From the human T2T-CHM13v2.0 reference genome, Homo sapiens, in NCBI RefSeq assembly GCF_009914755.1, contig NC_060937.1: 64,000 bases of DNA. One strand, written 5' to 3'. Position numbers and translations under genes: made by a program. The notes beneath the pieces are model-generated. The model was not told the DNA's origin, made no database searches, and saw nothing but the letters and a program-made list of their open reading frames with translations. Positions 51,059-64,000 of this stretch are shown here, one piece after another (within the stretch, counting starts at the first letter, position 1; the number at the start of each line of letters is the position of its first letter).

Positions 51059-54000
51059 TTCACGGTAGCCCATTTGATGATGTTTTTTAAACTCTCTTCT
51101 TTACGGCCTTTAAATTATCAAAAATGTCAATGCAGTAATATACACTCATTAGGCTAGAGTAAAACATGAAACATTTCTGTAAAAATTTGAAGCAAAATTT
51201 TAAGTATAATTTAATGATATATTTTTAGTATAAAAACTTTATAAATTGTTAAACTAGTTGTATTTCCTTTACACTTTTTGGTAAAATGTTATTATCATAA
51301 TTACTGTTACCAACAAATTTCTACTAAATATCTGGGATGGTGCAATGGTGGATAAGGTTCCGGATTAGTATTTCTGCTTTTCTGTATTCTAGGAAGTGTC
51401 CTCAGAAAACAATCATAAAACTTATAGCCATGTTAATTATGGTAAGAGGAAGAAGTAACAAAGGGAAATGGAGGCAGAAGGAGCTTGGATATTAGGGGTT
51501 AACACAAGGAGCTCTGTGTTCTGGAGCTACTTTGGGATGCTTCATTTTACTGCACTGTCAAAACAACCATCTAGAAGAGAGTAATACAACTGTGTTACTT
51601 CCTGCTACGCACCTAAATAAATGAATGAATACACAAAATTAATTAAAATAACAAAAAGATCTAAAATGCAAATAAATATCAACATTGAATTCATAACCTC
51701 TCCTCTGTTTTAAGATATTATTAGACTTTTAAAAATGCATTAAATTTATTTTCCTTACTTCCAACAAACACCCTTTAGAGCCCACATATTCTGATGTCGT
51801 AGTTTGTTTTTGTTTGGTTTGGCAAAAAATAATACAGTTCATTTTAATCTAATTTTATCTCTATAAAAGTGATGAGGTTTGGGAAAACAATAAATACATA
51901 TATAAATTGCCTTGCTTCAAAATCTTTCTACAAACTTTTTAAAATGCCATTGATAATGGAAAAGAAATACTATATTCTTTCAGGTCATAGGTGACTTGAA
52001 AAAATTACTAACAAACTTTAATTTCCTTAGTAACATCTATCCATTACTTTTATTCTTTTTTCCTTCTTTGTCTAGTACACTTTATTTTTATAATGAAATC
52101 CATCCATTCAGGATCACAATTTTCCTTGGCATCTGTGGAGAATTAAAATTAGTTTTGAGAACTTTGTATGCCTAGAAGTCCTAGGCAGTTTTAGATAACA
52201 AGTTGGGTATTTTGTCATTTTCTGAGTTATTTATTATTTTGCCTTTATCTCCTGGAGTAAAATAAAGTGCAATGCTTCTAGCCTTTTCATACACAGCATC
52301 AATAGATAAAGTTGTTGTAATAATATTTTTCCTTAAAAATCATATTAAAATAAACTCAGGGTTTTTTGTTTATTTGTGCAGGTAGTGTTGTTGTTATTTT
52401 GTTCTTCTTTAGCAAAATATAAGTGAGGTGAAAATGGCAAGAAACCAGAAATAAATTATACATTAGAACTTAAAGACAAACATCCAGTCAATTCTAGTTA
52501 AGAGATACTTGGATTCTTCCAAGTACAATCAGTTATCTACTTTTATCATATGCATATGTGTAAATTATTCAGGTTATATATGTAACACATATATTACTTT
52601 ATAACTTCTTAATTATTAGGTAGATAAATATTTACATTTGATATTAACTTACTTTCATTCTGTCTTTACAATATTTATGACAGTTAACCGGGAACACGTA
52701 GCTTATTCCTACATTAACTGTGCACCTCAATCTTTCCCTTTCCTGGGCTTTTTCTTAATCTGGGCAAGAGCCCAGATCAGCTCAAGAAATTTTCAAAGCA
52801 CTAGTTATATGATAGATGCAAGATAAACATCCTTGGAAAGTAATGTCTTATGGATCCAGGGCAGTCTTATCAACACCTTCCTCACAAGTGACTTGTTAAT
52901 GTTTCTGACTGAGAAAGGTGCCAGTGAACATTGATTTTTGCTTATAAATACAGAAGATTTCAATTTTATTATTCCAAAAACAACTTAGTTATTTTTTACA
53001 TTTTTTTTCATATTACACAGACACACAAAATCAGCCATTTAAGAAAACGCACTGACAAGTGTTTTCACATATACTGTTCTTTGTCTAAAAAGTGCTTTAT
53101 AGGTAGTACAGATAATGATCAGAGAGTTTGATTTCTGCACACTCCCTGGGTGACTGCTTCCTGATGTTCAGGAGGTTGTGACACTCCTAACCAATTGATC
53201 CCAAGGCACTCAACTTGTGAACCAGCAGCTCTCCTCTCATTAGCCTTCTACCCTGCAGGCTTTTCACCCCCCACCCAACCATTCAAAAGGGGTAAATTAA
53301 TCATTATTGCATATCACACTGACTGTGTTACACACATTTTTAAAGTGACTTGTATTCTCCCTTAAAATCAGATTTGAATTGGTCAGTCTGAATGTTAAGG
53401 CCTCCTGGGTGATTATTTCTACCTATCTCATCTTCCCCCATGAGTTCCTTTCCTACCTTCCAATTTAAAATGCTATAATGACTTATTATATCTAGACTTC
53501 TCTGTTCCTTTCCTGTTCCCTCTCCACAGTCATATTAATGGATTAGATTTTTATCTTCTTTATTCAGAAGAATGAAACAATGCTTTACAGTCACTAGCAG
53601 CCTTGTCTTCCAAATTATTTTATAATGTTAATCATTTCCAAGGAATTATATTCACTTTTTAGAGAAGAGCTGCTAATACTTTTGATTATTAGTATTAATA
53701 TAAAATTTATTAAAGTTCCTTTCTCCAAAATACTTAGTTCATTAAGTTTCTTTATGTGGTGCACATAGGATAACATGATGTTTCTGGGGGACACACACAG
53801 GTACCCTACCTATAGGTCAAGACATGCCATAGTATACCTTTTCCTTTGAAAAGCCAAATTCACTCTGCCCTACCACTGGGAATCTTTTGGGGTCATTTGG
53901 AAACAGTTAAAATGGCAACTTTCTTTTTTAAAAAGGTTTAGTAACACAAAGGTCAAGTTAAGTCTGCCTTTAAGCAGAATAAATAAAACATCGTGTTCAT

Positions 54001-54449
54001 TAAATTTACACTGATGGAACATTCAGCCTCTGTTCTCAGTGGAGAACAGGAAAAGGTAGAGAGGAATCAGATGAAATAACATCTGTTTGTTAGGGATTTC
54101 TGTAACTAAAGCACAAAATATATAATGCTGATTGATATAGATACAGATGATATAAATGTAAGTTTTTGACATGGATTGGATATACGTATATAAATATATA
54201 CTTGCATACATATGCATATAGCATAGATGTATATTGAGGGAGTGATTTAATTGGAATTACACAGGGATGTTTTAGAGACACAGAGAAAAAGGGGAGCAGG
54301 AAATAGAGCAAAAAGAGAGAAACAGAATTTAAGAAAAAGATATGTTAATTTAAACCCTATAATATTATACATGAAGAAATGCAAGCAAAAAAATGATGAG
54401 ACTTTCTGCCAGACAGCATAGCTAGCTAAAGGCCAACACAAGTGCATTT

Positions 54450-54690
54450 CCAGAGTATAGTGAATGCAAGGAGGCAATCTGCTGGAATTTGAATTCTGAC
54501 TCTACTTATAGGATAAAGTATTCCCTACCATAATTTTACACCAGTTTTACTTAACCTCCTTATGCCTCAGTTTCTACACATGGATAGTATAGCAACATGC
54601 CTTCTACATGGGAGTGCTGTGAGAATTGAAAGTGTGAAATGCTCAGTCTATTCTTCTCTGGGCACATCTTCAGCACTGTATGCTGTTAGC
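54450..54690 (+). mobile_element. MIR
   Basis: tttgaattctgactctactta..ttacttaacctccttatgcctcagtttct..gctgtgagaattgaa. Confidence 0.65.
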
Positions 54691-55333
54691 CCTCTTTACC
54701 GCCTGAACCTCAGTCCACTTTTTTTTTTAACACCTTTTTTATATTAATCTTAAAGTAGAAAAAAACTTTTTTTTGAAATGACACTAAGAACAATCACTAT
54801 TCCTAGTGAAATAAGATTTATATTAACAGTAAGTAATATTCATATGTTGTTAGTTTTAGATAATTATATCCCAAATTAACAATTTTCTAGTTTAAATGGT
54901 CAAAAGTGATTTAAACTACTTTGTTGTGGAGTGATGATTTCTGGGTTCAAACCTGCTTTTTGAAGTGTTTCTTTTTCCTTCTTTCTCTTTTCCAGCATCC
55001 TCTAAAATGAATAATACTTTCCCTAAGGCAACATTTCTACATCTAAAGCCTAATAGACATTTTTCTTTCCTTTGTACTCTTTGTTAAAAGCCTCTGTAAT
55101 GGAGAATACCTTTCTTTGAGTTCTGCATTTTCCCTTATCTAAGGAGAGGGCTGCCTGCAGGCAGTCTTTGAGTTCTAGGAGGTTGCTATAACCTTCTTTT
55201 TGATTAGATTACCAGCAATCTGCTACTTCTCTGCACAACGCATTTCTAAAACACTAATGATAGAAAAATGAGCCAAACAATGCCTTTTCCTATGGTTGGA
55301 GTGGGGTGGGAGACAGATCATTGTTCTGTTCTT

Positions 55334-55361
55334 AGAGAGAGAGAGAGAGAGAGAGAGAGAG
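55334..55361. repeat. (AG)n microsatellite
   Basis: Visible, ~14 units. Confidence 0.95.
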
Positions 55362-56612
55362 CATATACTCATTTTTACTTCAATGTTATTTTGGAATATC
55401 ATATATGTTTTTAGCTTTTCTTCTTCTTTTTCCTTTTTACTTTAAGACACACAGTGGACTAGCTTAAAAGGAAAGCTAAATTAAGACTAAAAGATTGCCC
55501 AAATCATTAAAGTTCATTACTTATATTTTCTGACAAATCTTTTTAGTTTGTGGATTTACTCTAGTATTTTTGTCATCACTGCTTAAACTTTTCGAATTTT
55601 TTTTACTACTTAGTAACAGTTAAAGAACAAAATGCAGTAAAATACACAAAGAATTTCATAGTAACTCACTACTCTACCAACAATGTCAAAACACATACGT
55701 TACTGACTTGCAGTACCATAAAGATAATACGCAAAATGTTTTTCAGTTGATTCCATAATAATCATTGTGTATATGAACAATTGATAAGTGAATGTTCATA
55801 TTTTGCATTTGACATATGATTTAAAGGATTATAGTACATGTACAAAGTACATTTCCTTGGGTCAGATAAAAAGGATTTTCTCAGGGAATGAAATTAAAAT
55901 AAAAGTGGCATATAGGCTATCAAGAGAGCAAAACATTCACATGAATCTAGATTGTATATTGCTAATCACCAGCTCTACAGTTTATAAACTGCCAACAATA
56001 CAAAGAAGGGAAAGAATAGAGAGAGATCCTTGTAAAGATAAATTTGTAATACTTTCCCACTCTCTGTTTCTATTAAGGATTATGCATTCCTTTTGTGTTT
56101 GATGTTTACAACAGAGAAAGGAATGAAAAATGGAAATGAAATAAAAAATATACTACTATAGAAAAGTGGCCTAAACATTATGAGGGCAGCAACATAATTT
56201 AAAATATATGGAACTGGTGGGCTACTGCCTAACCCTTTGGTTCTTCATCCTCAATTTCAGAGAACAAAAATAAGATGATGGTAAGAGCTACATTTTTTAC
56301 TCTACCATTTTTTAGTTGGTGTTATAAACATCATTGTTGGATCACAAACATAAAAGGCAGAAAGGCTGGGTTATAATGTTGGCCTTGCTAATTGTGGATT
56401 TATAAACAAGATTAATTTCATTAGGAACTATACTGAACATTTCTCTAAATGATTTCTAATTATAATTCCATTATTCCATAATAAAGTATGTAAGTCCCAA
56501 TAATGCAGGTTACTTCATTACTACAGAACTGCAATAGTGATATCATGTTCATAGAAATAAGGTATACATATAAACTTGTTTTCAATCTTACATTTCTTTT
56601 AGTCCCTGTATT

Positions 56613-56981
56613 TGCTATGGTTTTAATGTGTTCCCCAAATTTTACATATTGAAAACTTAATCTTCAAATTTATATGTTTGTGCTATTTAGAAGTGGAGTC
56701 TTTGGGAGGTAGATAATGTCATCAGGCTAGGGCCCTCATGATGGGACTTGTGGCTTTATAAGAAGAGAAAGAGAAACCTCAGCTGGCAAGCTCTTACCCT
56801 CTCATTATGTGATGTTTTCTTCTGTGTTATGTATGACACAGCAAGAAAGCCCTCACCAAATGCCAGTGCCATGTTCTTAGACTTCCCAGTCTCCAGAACT
56901 GTACACTAAAATAAACTTCTGTCTTTATAAATTACCCAGCCTATTGTGTTCTGTTATAGCAACGGAAAATGAGCTAACATA
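56613..56981 (+). mobile_element. MSTD/MLT1A-like MaLR solo LTR
   Basis: tgctatggttttaatgtg..gccctcatgatggga..ctttataagaagag..gacttcccagtctccagaactg..ttataaattacccag..tgttatagcaac. Confidence 0.8.
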
Positions 56982-57243
56982 TTATTATTTGTTTAGAATT
57001 ACACAGAGATTAATTTATGTATTCAGAAAAATGTTGTTATAATAGAAGTTGTAATTAAGCATTGCCATGGCACTGAAGTTATGATTTCAACTAAGACAAA
57101 TAAGTTCATGCTCTGAGGAAAATTACTGGTTGCAAATATATGAAAAAATTAAAAAGTAAATATATGACTAAAAGAAGAAAAACACAGGAATTTGAAAAAA
57201 TATGAAACAAGTTAGGTGAAGTGTTAAAGAAGCTGTTACTTTA

Positions 57244-57545
<302 letters not shown>

Positions 57546-57768
57546 CTATCACTTTTCAGTAATAAATGGAAGGTAAGTGTGGCTAGAGTGTGGAGCTCAG
57601 GGGAATTAGTAGATCAAGACGATGTTGGAGAGACTGATGGTAGCTCCTGAAGTCATGGGGAAGAATGTGGATTTTGTGGTAGATAATTCATATTGGAAGA
57701 AATTTGCATTCTAATAAGGAAAAATAAATACAAAACAAATATGAAAAAGTATAAGTTACTTAAAAATA

Positions 57769-58037
57769 CAGATGCTCCTTGACTTATGATGGAATTACAT
57801 CCTGATAAACTCAATGTAAGTTGAAAATCTTGTAACTGAAAATGCAACCAACCTACTGAACATTATAGCTTATGCTAGCCTACATTAAACGTGTTCAGAA
57901 CACACATATTAGTCTACAGTTGGGAAAATGTCAAAATCCAAAATTTGAAATATGGTTTCTACTAAATTCTTGTTGCTTTTGCATCATTGAAAACTTGAAA
58001 AATTGTAAGATGAACCATTGTGATTTGGGGACAACTA
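57769..58037 (+). mobile_element. MER47A-like TcMar-Tigger DNA transposon
   Basis: TIR cagatgctccttgacttatgatgg .. ccattgtgatttggggacaacta, TA on both sides. Confidence 0.8.
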
Positions 58038-58244
58038 TAGGTCCACATAAAAAGGGCATGCAGTACCAGTTTGAAGAGTCAGGTAATTTCCTAGATAAGG
58101 TAACATCTTTTGGTATAATAGAAAAGATAAAATTGGCAACAGAGGAAGAAGAGAAAGACAGGAAGTCAGGAAGGAAGAAAGGAAGCAAAGAAGTATTGAA
58201 TGAAGGAAGGAAAAAGGAAAAAAGAAAGAAAGAAAAGAATAAAG

Positions 58245-58809
58245 CGATGGAACTCAGGATATGCTAACCCAAAATACGCTCATTGGTATCCGAGAAAATA
58301 GCAGAAGGAGGGTGGTTATTCTGACCTTCTCCTGCCCTTCTCTCCTGAAACAGAACGTACATAGGAAATAGAAAGAATTCCCTTTACCCCTTTTTCCCTG
58401 AAATAAGTAATAAAACCTGGCTGACTTTCCCCTGAAGTATGTCGTAAGACTCTCATTGCGGAGTAGTCCTCCTTCTTCCAGGTGGGAAGGAATGTCCTTA
58501 TCTCTTATGGCAGAGACACAGAGACACAAAAAAGAATCTGAACAAACAGGACTTGCTAAGTTCCCCATTAATTACCATTAGATGAAACTCTGTTTTACAA
58601 TAATCATACTACTGCCTGAGACTCCATCAAAACACAGGTTCTCCTGTTTCTTTGGGTTTTTATTTCATAAAGCTCCTATGTCACATAAAACTTACATTAA
58701 ATACATTTGTATGCTTTTTGTGGCTGTTGTTGTTAATCTGTCTTTTGTTTTAGGGGTCTCAGCCATGAACCTAGTGATGGGTGAGAAAACAAATATTTTC
58801 TCCCCTACA
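58245..58809 (+). mobile_element. ERV1 MER4-group solo LTR (MER34/MER39-like)
   Basis: gatggaactcaggatatgctaacccaaaatac..ctgaccttctcctgcccttct..ggtctcagccatgaacctagtgatgggtgagaaa..tcccctaca; splits a purine-rich tract (58140-58244, 58810-58970). Confidence 0.65.
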
Positions 58810-60519
58810 GAAAAAAAAAAAAAAGAAAGGAAAGAAACAAGAAAAGAAGAAAGGGAGAAAGGAAAGAAGAAAGGTAAAGAAGGAAGAATGAAGGAATAAA
58901 GGAAGGAAGAAGAAAAGACAAAGGAAGAGACAGAAAAGTAGTGAAGAAAGAACAGAGAGAGAGAGAGATGGAGTTGAACAAGCAGCTTTAGCAAAGGGAA
59001 TAGTGTGTACTATGGTCCAGAGTCAAAGGAGCAAACATCTTTTTTCCCCCCAACAAGACTGCCAGAAAGATCAAACAAGAGAAATTACTTTACTGTAATT
59101 CCTAACCCCTTGATCCACTTACAGTGGCCACTTGAATATTCCTAGTTACAAAACAGGAAGGCTTTGAGACTGTAATACGTATTAGGAACTATGCTAGATA
59201 CATAAAAGCTAATTAATACATATGAAGAATTTATATTTCAATAACTATATACCAAGTGCAAAAACATAGTGACTAATAGACCATAGTCCTGTAGAAACCT
59301 ATAACCTAGATGGAGAAAGAGTCAAACAAATAAACATGGACTAGATCTAGATAGTTTCCATGAGTGAGATTTTTCCCATGAGAGATGCAGATTGGTTTGT
59401 AAATTGGAGAGTAGTTGAGTGCAAGATATTAAAGCTACCAGGAAACTAAGCCAACAGTTTTGAAATTTAACCTGAAAACAATGTGAAAACAGTGAAATAA
59501 TACTACTCTAATATCAGTAATGATCAGAGAAAAGAACTGAGTTGGGAGAAAGAAAAACAAATTAAGAGACTTGTCAATCTTGGTGAAAAAAAAATGTTCA
59601 GGGTCTCAACTGAGGCTCTGATAGAATAAATGAGGAGTACAACCTCAGTTAGTCTTCCCAACAATAATGTTATTAGTTTTAAAGTAATGGTTTAAAAAAT
59701 GAATATAAATGAGGCTTAGAAAGTTTTAAGTACTTATGTATGCTCAGTTATTAGCAATCAGTAACCAATATCTGATCATTCAAATTCACATTTTTGCTTT
59801 TTAGGCAGAAACAAATTTAATTCAATTTTATATAAAATTTAGATATTTATTTCTTACAGTAGCTTTTACTCATTGTCTAAATAAACAATAAGATTTTATA
59901 TAAAAAATGAATTTAAAAATTTATCAGAAAGCTATTCAAATTTATACTATGAATTATGCAATAACCATTTATCATAGACATTGATATTTCTATATACAAA
60001 TCATTTGATGCCATATTTCTGAAATTAGCATCCTGACGTCCAGGGAAGTGAACTGCATATTTAAGTACTAAGGAATGATTGAAGAACAGGCTGCCCCTGA
60101 ATTTGAATGGCTCTGGGCGGTGCAAGGTTTGCACATCATTTTACACATGAGATAATTTCTTTTATTGACTATCATATTTTTAGGCAAGATATTAGGAATG
60201 TTATGTGTGTACAACTACAATTAGAATTTCAAAAGTGCTCAGATGATTGTGGGAAAATTCCTGAAATTTCATAAAATAAATTCAGCTCAGCTCAACTATT
60301 TTCTTGATTTATATTGATCATTTCATCCATTTCTAAATTCTTCTTTCTTGGCAATAGTTGATGACATATCACATCTAAACATTTCTTTTTCTTTCTATTG
60401 GGAGTATGTTGTTAAAATGCTCGTTAATTTTTTTTTTGTTGCTCCTAGTAAGTATAAAATTGTTTAACAGTAATTAATCTAATAATATTCTATCATGACA
60501 GAAACAATTTTGACTCTTG

Positions 60520-61210
60520 TGTAGTGACTAATTAGCCTTACACAAGGATAAATTTGGTCTTTACCACTGGTCACTGTGAAGTGATCTGTAGGCCCATGGA
60601 GTGCCCTCTCCAATCTCTCTGATATAAGGTTCTTTGTTTGCCTGGGGGTGCTGGCTACTACACAGTCTAAGATCATGATTTATGTTGGGGACATGGGGCC
60701 ACCAGAGAGTTCTGACTCTCAAAGAAACTAATGACTGGATATATTTGCCTGATCTCTGGAAGGGTATGGAGACTAATGATCATTCATACGGGCATCTGAT
60801 GTATGACTGATCCCCAATAAAATATCTCAATACAAATGATTTGGGTGAGCTTTTCTGGTTGTCAATATTCTGTGAGTATTATGACACATCATGGCCAGGA
60901 GGAAGTATCACCTCCATCGCTCTAGAGGAAAAGGATGACTGGAAAGTGCATTTGGACCCTTCCTGGACTGCCCTATGCATTTATTCACGTGGCTAAAATT
61001 AATTCTTGTCATTTCTCCATAATAGACTGTAATCATGATTATAACAGCTTTCAGCAAATTCTGTGAGTACTTCTAGTGAATTATTAAAACTGAGAGTGGC
61101 TTTGGAAACACCCCAAACTTGCAAATAGTGTCATAAATCTCATAAGTGAGATTGATTTTATGGGGTAATATGCCGTCAATCTTTGCAGTTTGGCTAATTT
61201 TGGTTAACTC
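60520..61210 (+). mobile_element. ERVL LTR of the MER21/MER77 group
   Basis: ccccaataaaa..gggtgagcttttctggttg..aataga ctgtaatcatga.tataacagctttc..ttctgtgagt.cttctagtgaattatt. Confidence 0.65.
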
Positions 61211-61296
61211 CCAATATAAGAAATGAAATTTTAATCATTTCTGTTTTATCAAGCTGTCAAGTTAACTTCGATAACTTTTTATAGTAAAATGAGCCC

Positions 61297-63620
61297 TGAA
61301 ACAGTATGGATTTGTGTCCCTATCCAAATTTCATGTGCAGTTGTTATACCCAGTGTTGGAAAAGGGGACTGGAGGGAGGTGAATAGATCATGGGGGCAGA
61401 TTTCTCCCTTGCTGTTCTCATGATAGTGAATGAGTTCTCAGACGACCTGGTTGTTTAAAAAGTGTATGGGACTTTCCCCCTCTCTCTCTTCCTCCAGCTC
61501 TGGCAATATAAGACGTGCCTCCTTTCGCTTTCCTTTCTGCCATAATTATAAGATTCTTGAGACCTCCCAAACCATGCTTCCTGTACAGCCTGTGGAATCA
61601 TGAACCAATTAAACCTCTTTTCTTTATTCATTACCCATAGCAATGCGAGAATGGACTAATACAGAAAATTGGTACCAGGTGTGGGGCATTGCTATACAGA
61701 TACCTGAAAATGTGGAATCGACTTTGGAACTGGGTAACAGGCAGGGACTGGAAGTGTGGAGGGCTCAGAATAAGACAAGAAGATGAGGGAATATTTGGAA
61801 CTTCCTGGAGACTAGTTAAATTGTTATGACCAAAATGCTGATAGTGATATGGTCAATGAAGTTCAGGCTGAGGAGGTCTTAGGTGGAGATGAGAAACTTA
61901 CTGGAAACTGAAGCAAAGGTCACTTTTGTTACACATTAGAATAGAGCTTGGAGGCATTTTGCCCCCCCGCCTGCCCTGGAAATCTGTGGAACTTCGAATT
62001 TGAGAGTGATGATTTAGAGTATCTGGTGGAAGAAATTTTTAAGCAAGAAAAAAATTCAAGATGTGACCTGGCTGCTTCAAAAAACCTATTCTTATATTCA
62101 TGAGCAAAGAAATGGCCAGCAACTGGAACTTATATTTACAAGGGAAGCAAAGTGTAAATGTTTGCAAATTTTGCAGCCCAGCTCTGTGGTAGAAATGAAA
62201 AACCCATTTTCTGGGGAGGAATTCAAGCTGGCTACAGAAATATGCATGAGTAAAGACGAGCCAAATGATAACAACGAAGACAATTAGAAAAATGCCTTGA
62301 AAGGTTTCTGAAAGTTCAGAAACCTTTGCAGCAGCCCCTCCCATCACAGGTCCAAAGGGCTAGGAGGAAAAGTGGGGCCCAGGGCTCCGCTGCCCTTTGC
62401 AACCTCAGGACACTGCTTCTTGCGTCCCAGTAGCTCAAGCTCTTGCCATGACTAAAAGGGCCCCAGATACATCTCAGACCACTGCTGCAGAGGGTTCAAG
62501 TTGTAAGCCTTAATGGCTTCCACATGGGTTTAAGCCTGCAAGTGCACAGAGTGCAAGAGTTGAGGCTTGGGAGCATCTGCCCAGATTTCAAGGATGTATG
62601 GAAGTCTCTGGAGTCTAGGTAGAAGTCTGTTGGAAGGGCAGAGCCCTCATGGAGCAACTCTGCTAAGGCAGTACAGAGGGAAAATATGAGGTTGGAGTCC
62701 CCAGACAGAGTCCCCCACCTAGGGAACTGCCTAATGGAGCTTTGATAAGAAAGCCATCATCCTCCAGACCCCAGAATGGTAGATGCACCAGCAGCTTGCA
62801 CCATGCACCTGGAAAACCCACAGGTACTTAATGCCAGCCCATAAAGGCAGGCATGGGGGCTATATCCTGCAGAGCCACAGGGGTGCAGATGCTCAAGGCC
62901 CTGTGAGCCCACCACTTGCATCAGTATGGCTTGGATGTGAGACATAGAGTTAAAGGAGATTATTTTGGAACTTTAAGATTAAATGGCTGCCCTTCTGGGT
63001 TTTAGACTTGCCTGGGGTCTGTAGCCCCTTTATTTTGGTCAATACTCCCTTTTGGAAAGGAAGCAATTACCCAATGCCTAGACTCTGATTGTATCTTGAA
63101 AGTAACTAACTTGTTTTTTGTTTTACAGGCTCATAGGTGGAAGGGACCTGTCTTGTATCAGATGAGACTTTGGACTATGGACTTTGAGTTAACACTGAAA
63201 TGAGTTAAGACTTTGGAGACTATTGAGAAGGGATGATTGTATTTTACAATGTGAGAAGGACATGAAATTTGGGAGACACCAAGGGCAGAATGATATGGCT
63301 TGAATTTGTTTCCCCACACAAATCTCACGTCAAATCATAAACCCCAATGCTGGAGGCGGGGCCTGGTGGGATGTGATTAGATCATGGGGGCGGATTTCCC
63401 CCTTGCTATTCTCATGATAGTGAGTGAGTTCTCGCTAGATCTGGTCATTTAAAGGTGTGTAGCATCTACCCCCCTCTCTTCCTCCTGTTCTGTCCATGTA
63501 AGATGTGCCTGCTTCCTCTTTGCCTTCTGCCATAATTGTAAGTTTTCTAAGTCCTGCCCAGCCATGCTAACTGTACAACCTATGGGATTGTAAGCCAATT
63601 AAACTTCTTTTTTTCTATTT
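61297..63620 (+). mobile_element. Near full-length MSTA/THE1D MaLR element (5' LTR 61297-61663, internal 61664-63290, 3' LTR 63291-~63620)
   Basis: Two similar LTRs; internal starts gaaaattggtacc..gatacctgaaaatgtggaa..actttggaactgggtaacaggcag and ends gacatgaaatttgggaga..gggcagaa; internal ORF broken. Confidence 0.92.
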
Positions 63621-63668
63621 AATAGTAAAATCTCAGAGCAGATTAAGATTTTTCTGAATTTTTTATCA

Positions 63669-64000
<332 letters not shown>

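Overview
AT-rich primate (most likely human/great-ape) non-coding DNA with no host protein-coding gene recognisable; every ORF in the track is either repeat-derived or chance. The centrepiece is a ~6.0 kb HERV-H provirus (14899-20925, +; two 453-bp LTR7s, tRNA-His PBS, decayed gag/pro/pol, env remnant, 5-bp TSD AGAAA) nested in opposite orientation inside a HERV-W solo LTR17 (14595-21387, -; 4-bp TSD ATAG), which itself abuts an Alu tail. The LTR7s carry the duplicated ACAAAAGAAG SOX-type motif I associate with the pluripotency-active LTR7up group. The rest is a TE mosaic: nested old L1s (1-7280), L1PA 3' end, Alus, an MLT2A1 solo LTR with a DUX4-type motif, several MaLR LTRs, a near full-length MSTA/THE1D element, MER47A and MER58B DNA transposons, L2/MIR relics and microsatellites. 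Subfamily calls come from recalled consensus sequences, not a database search. I found no evidence of a new protein-coding system; the novelty candidates are regulatory or structural.
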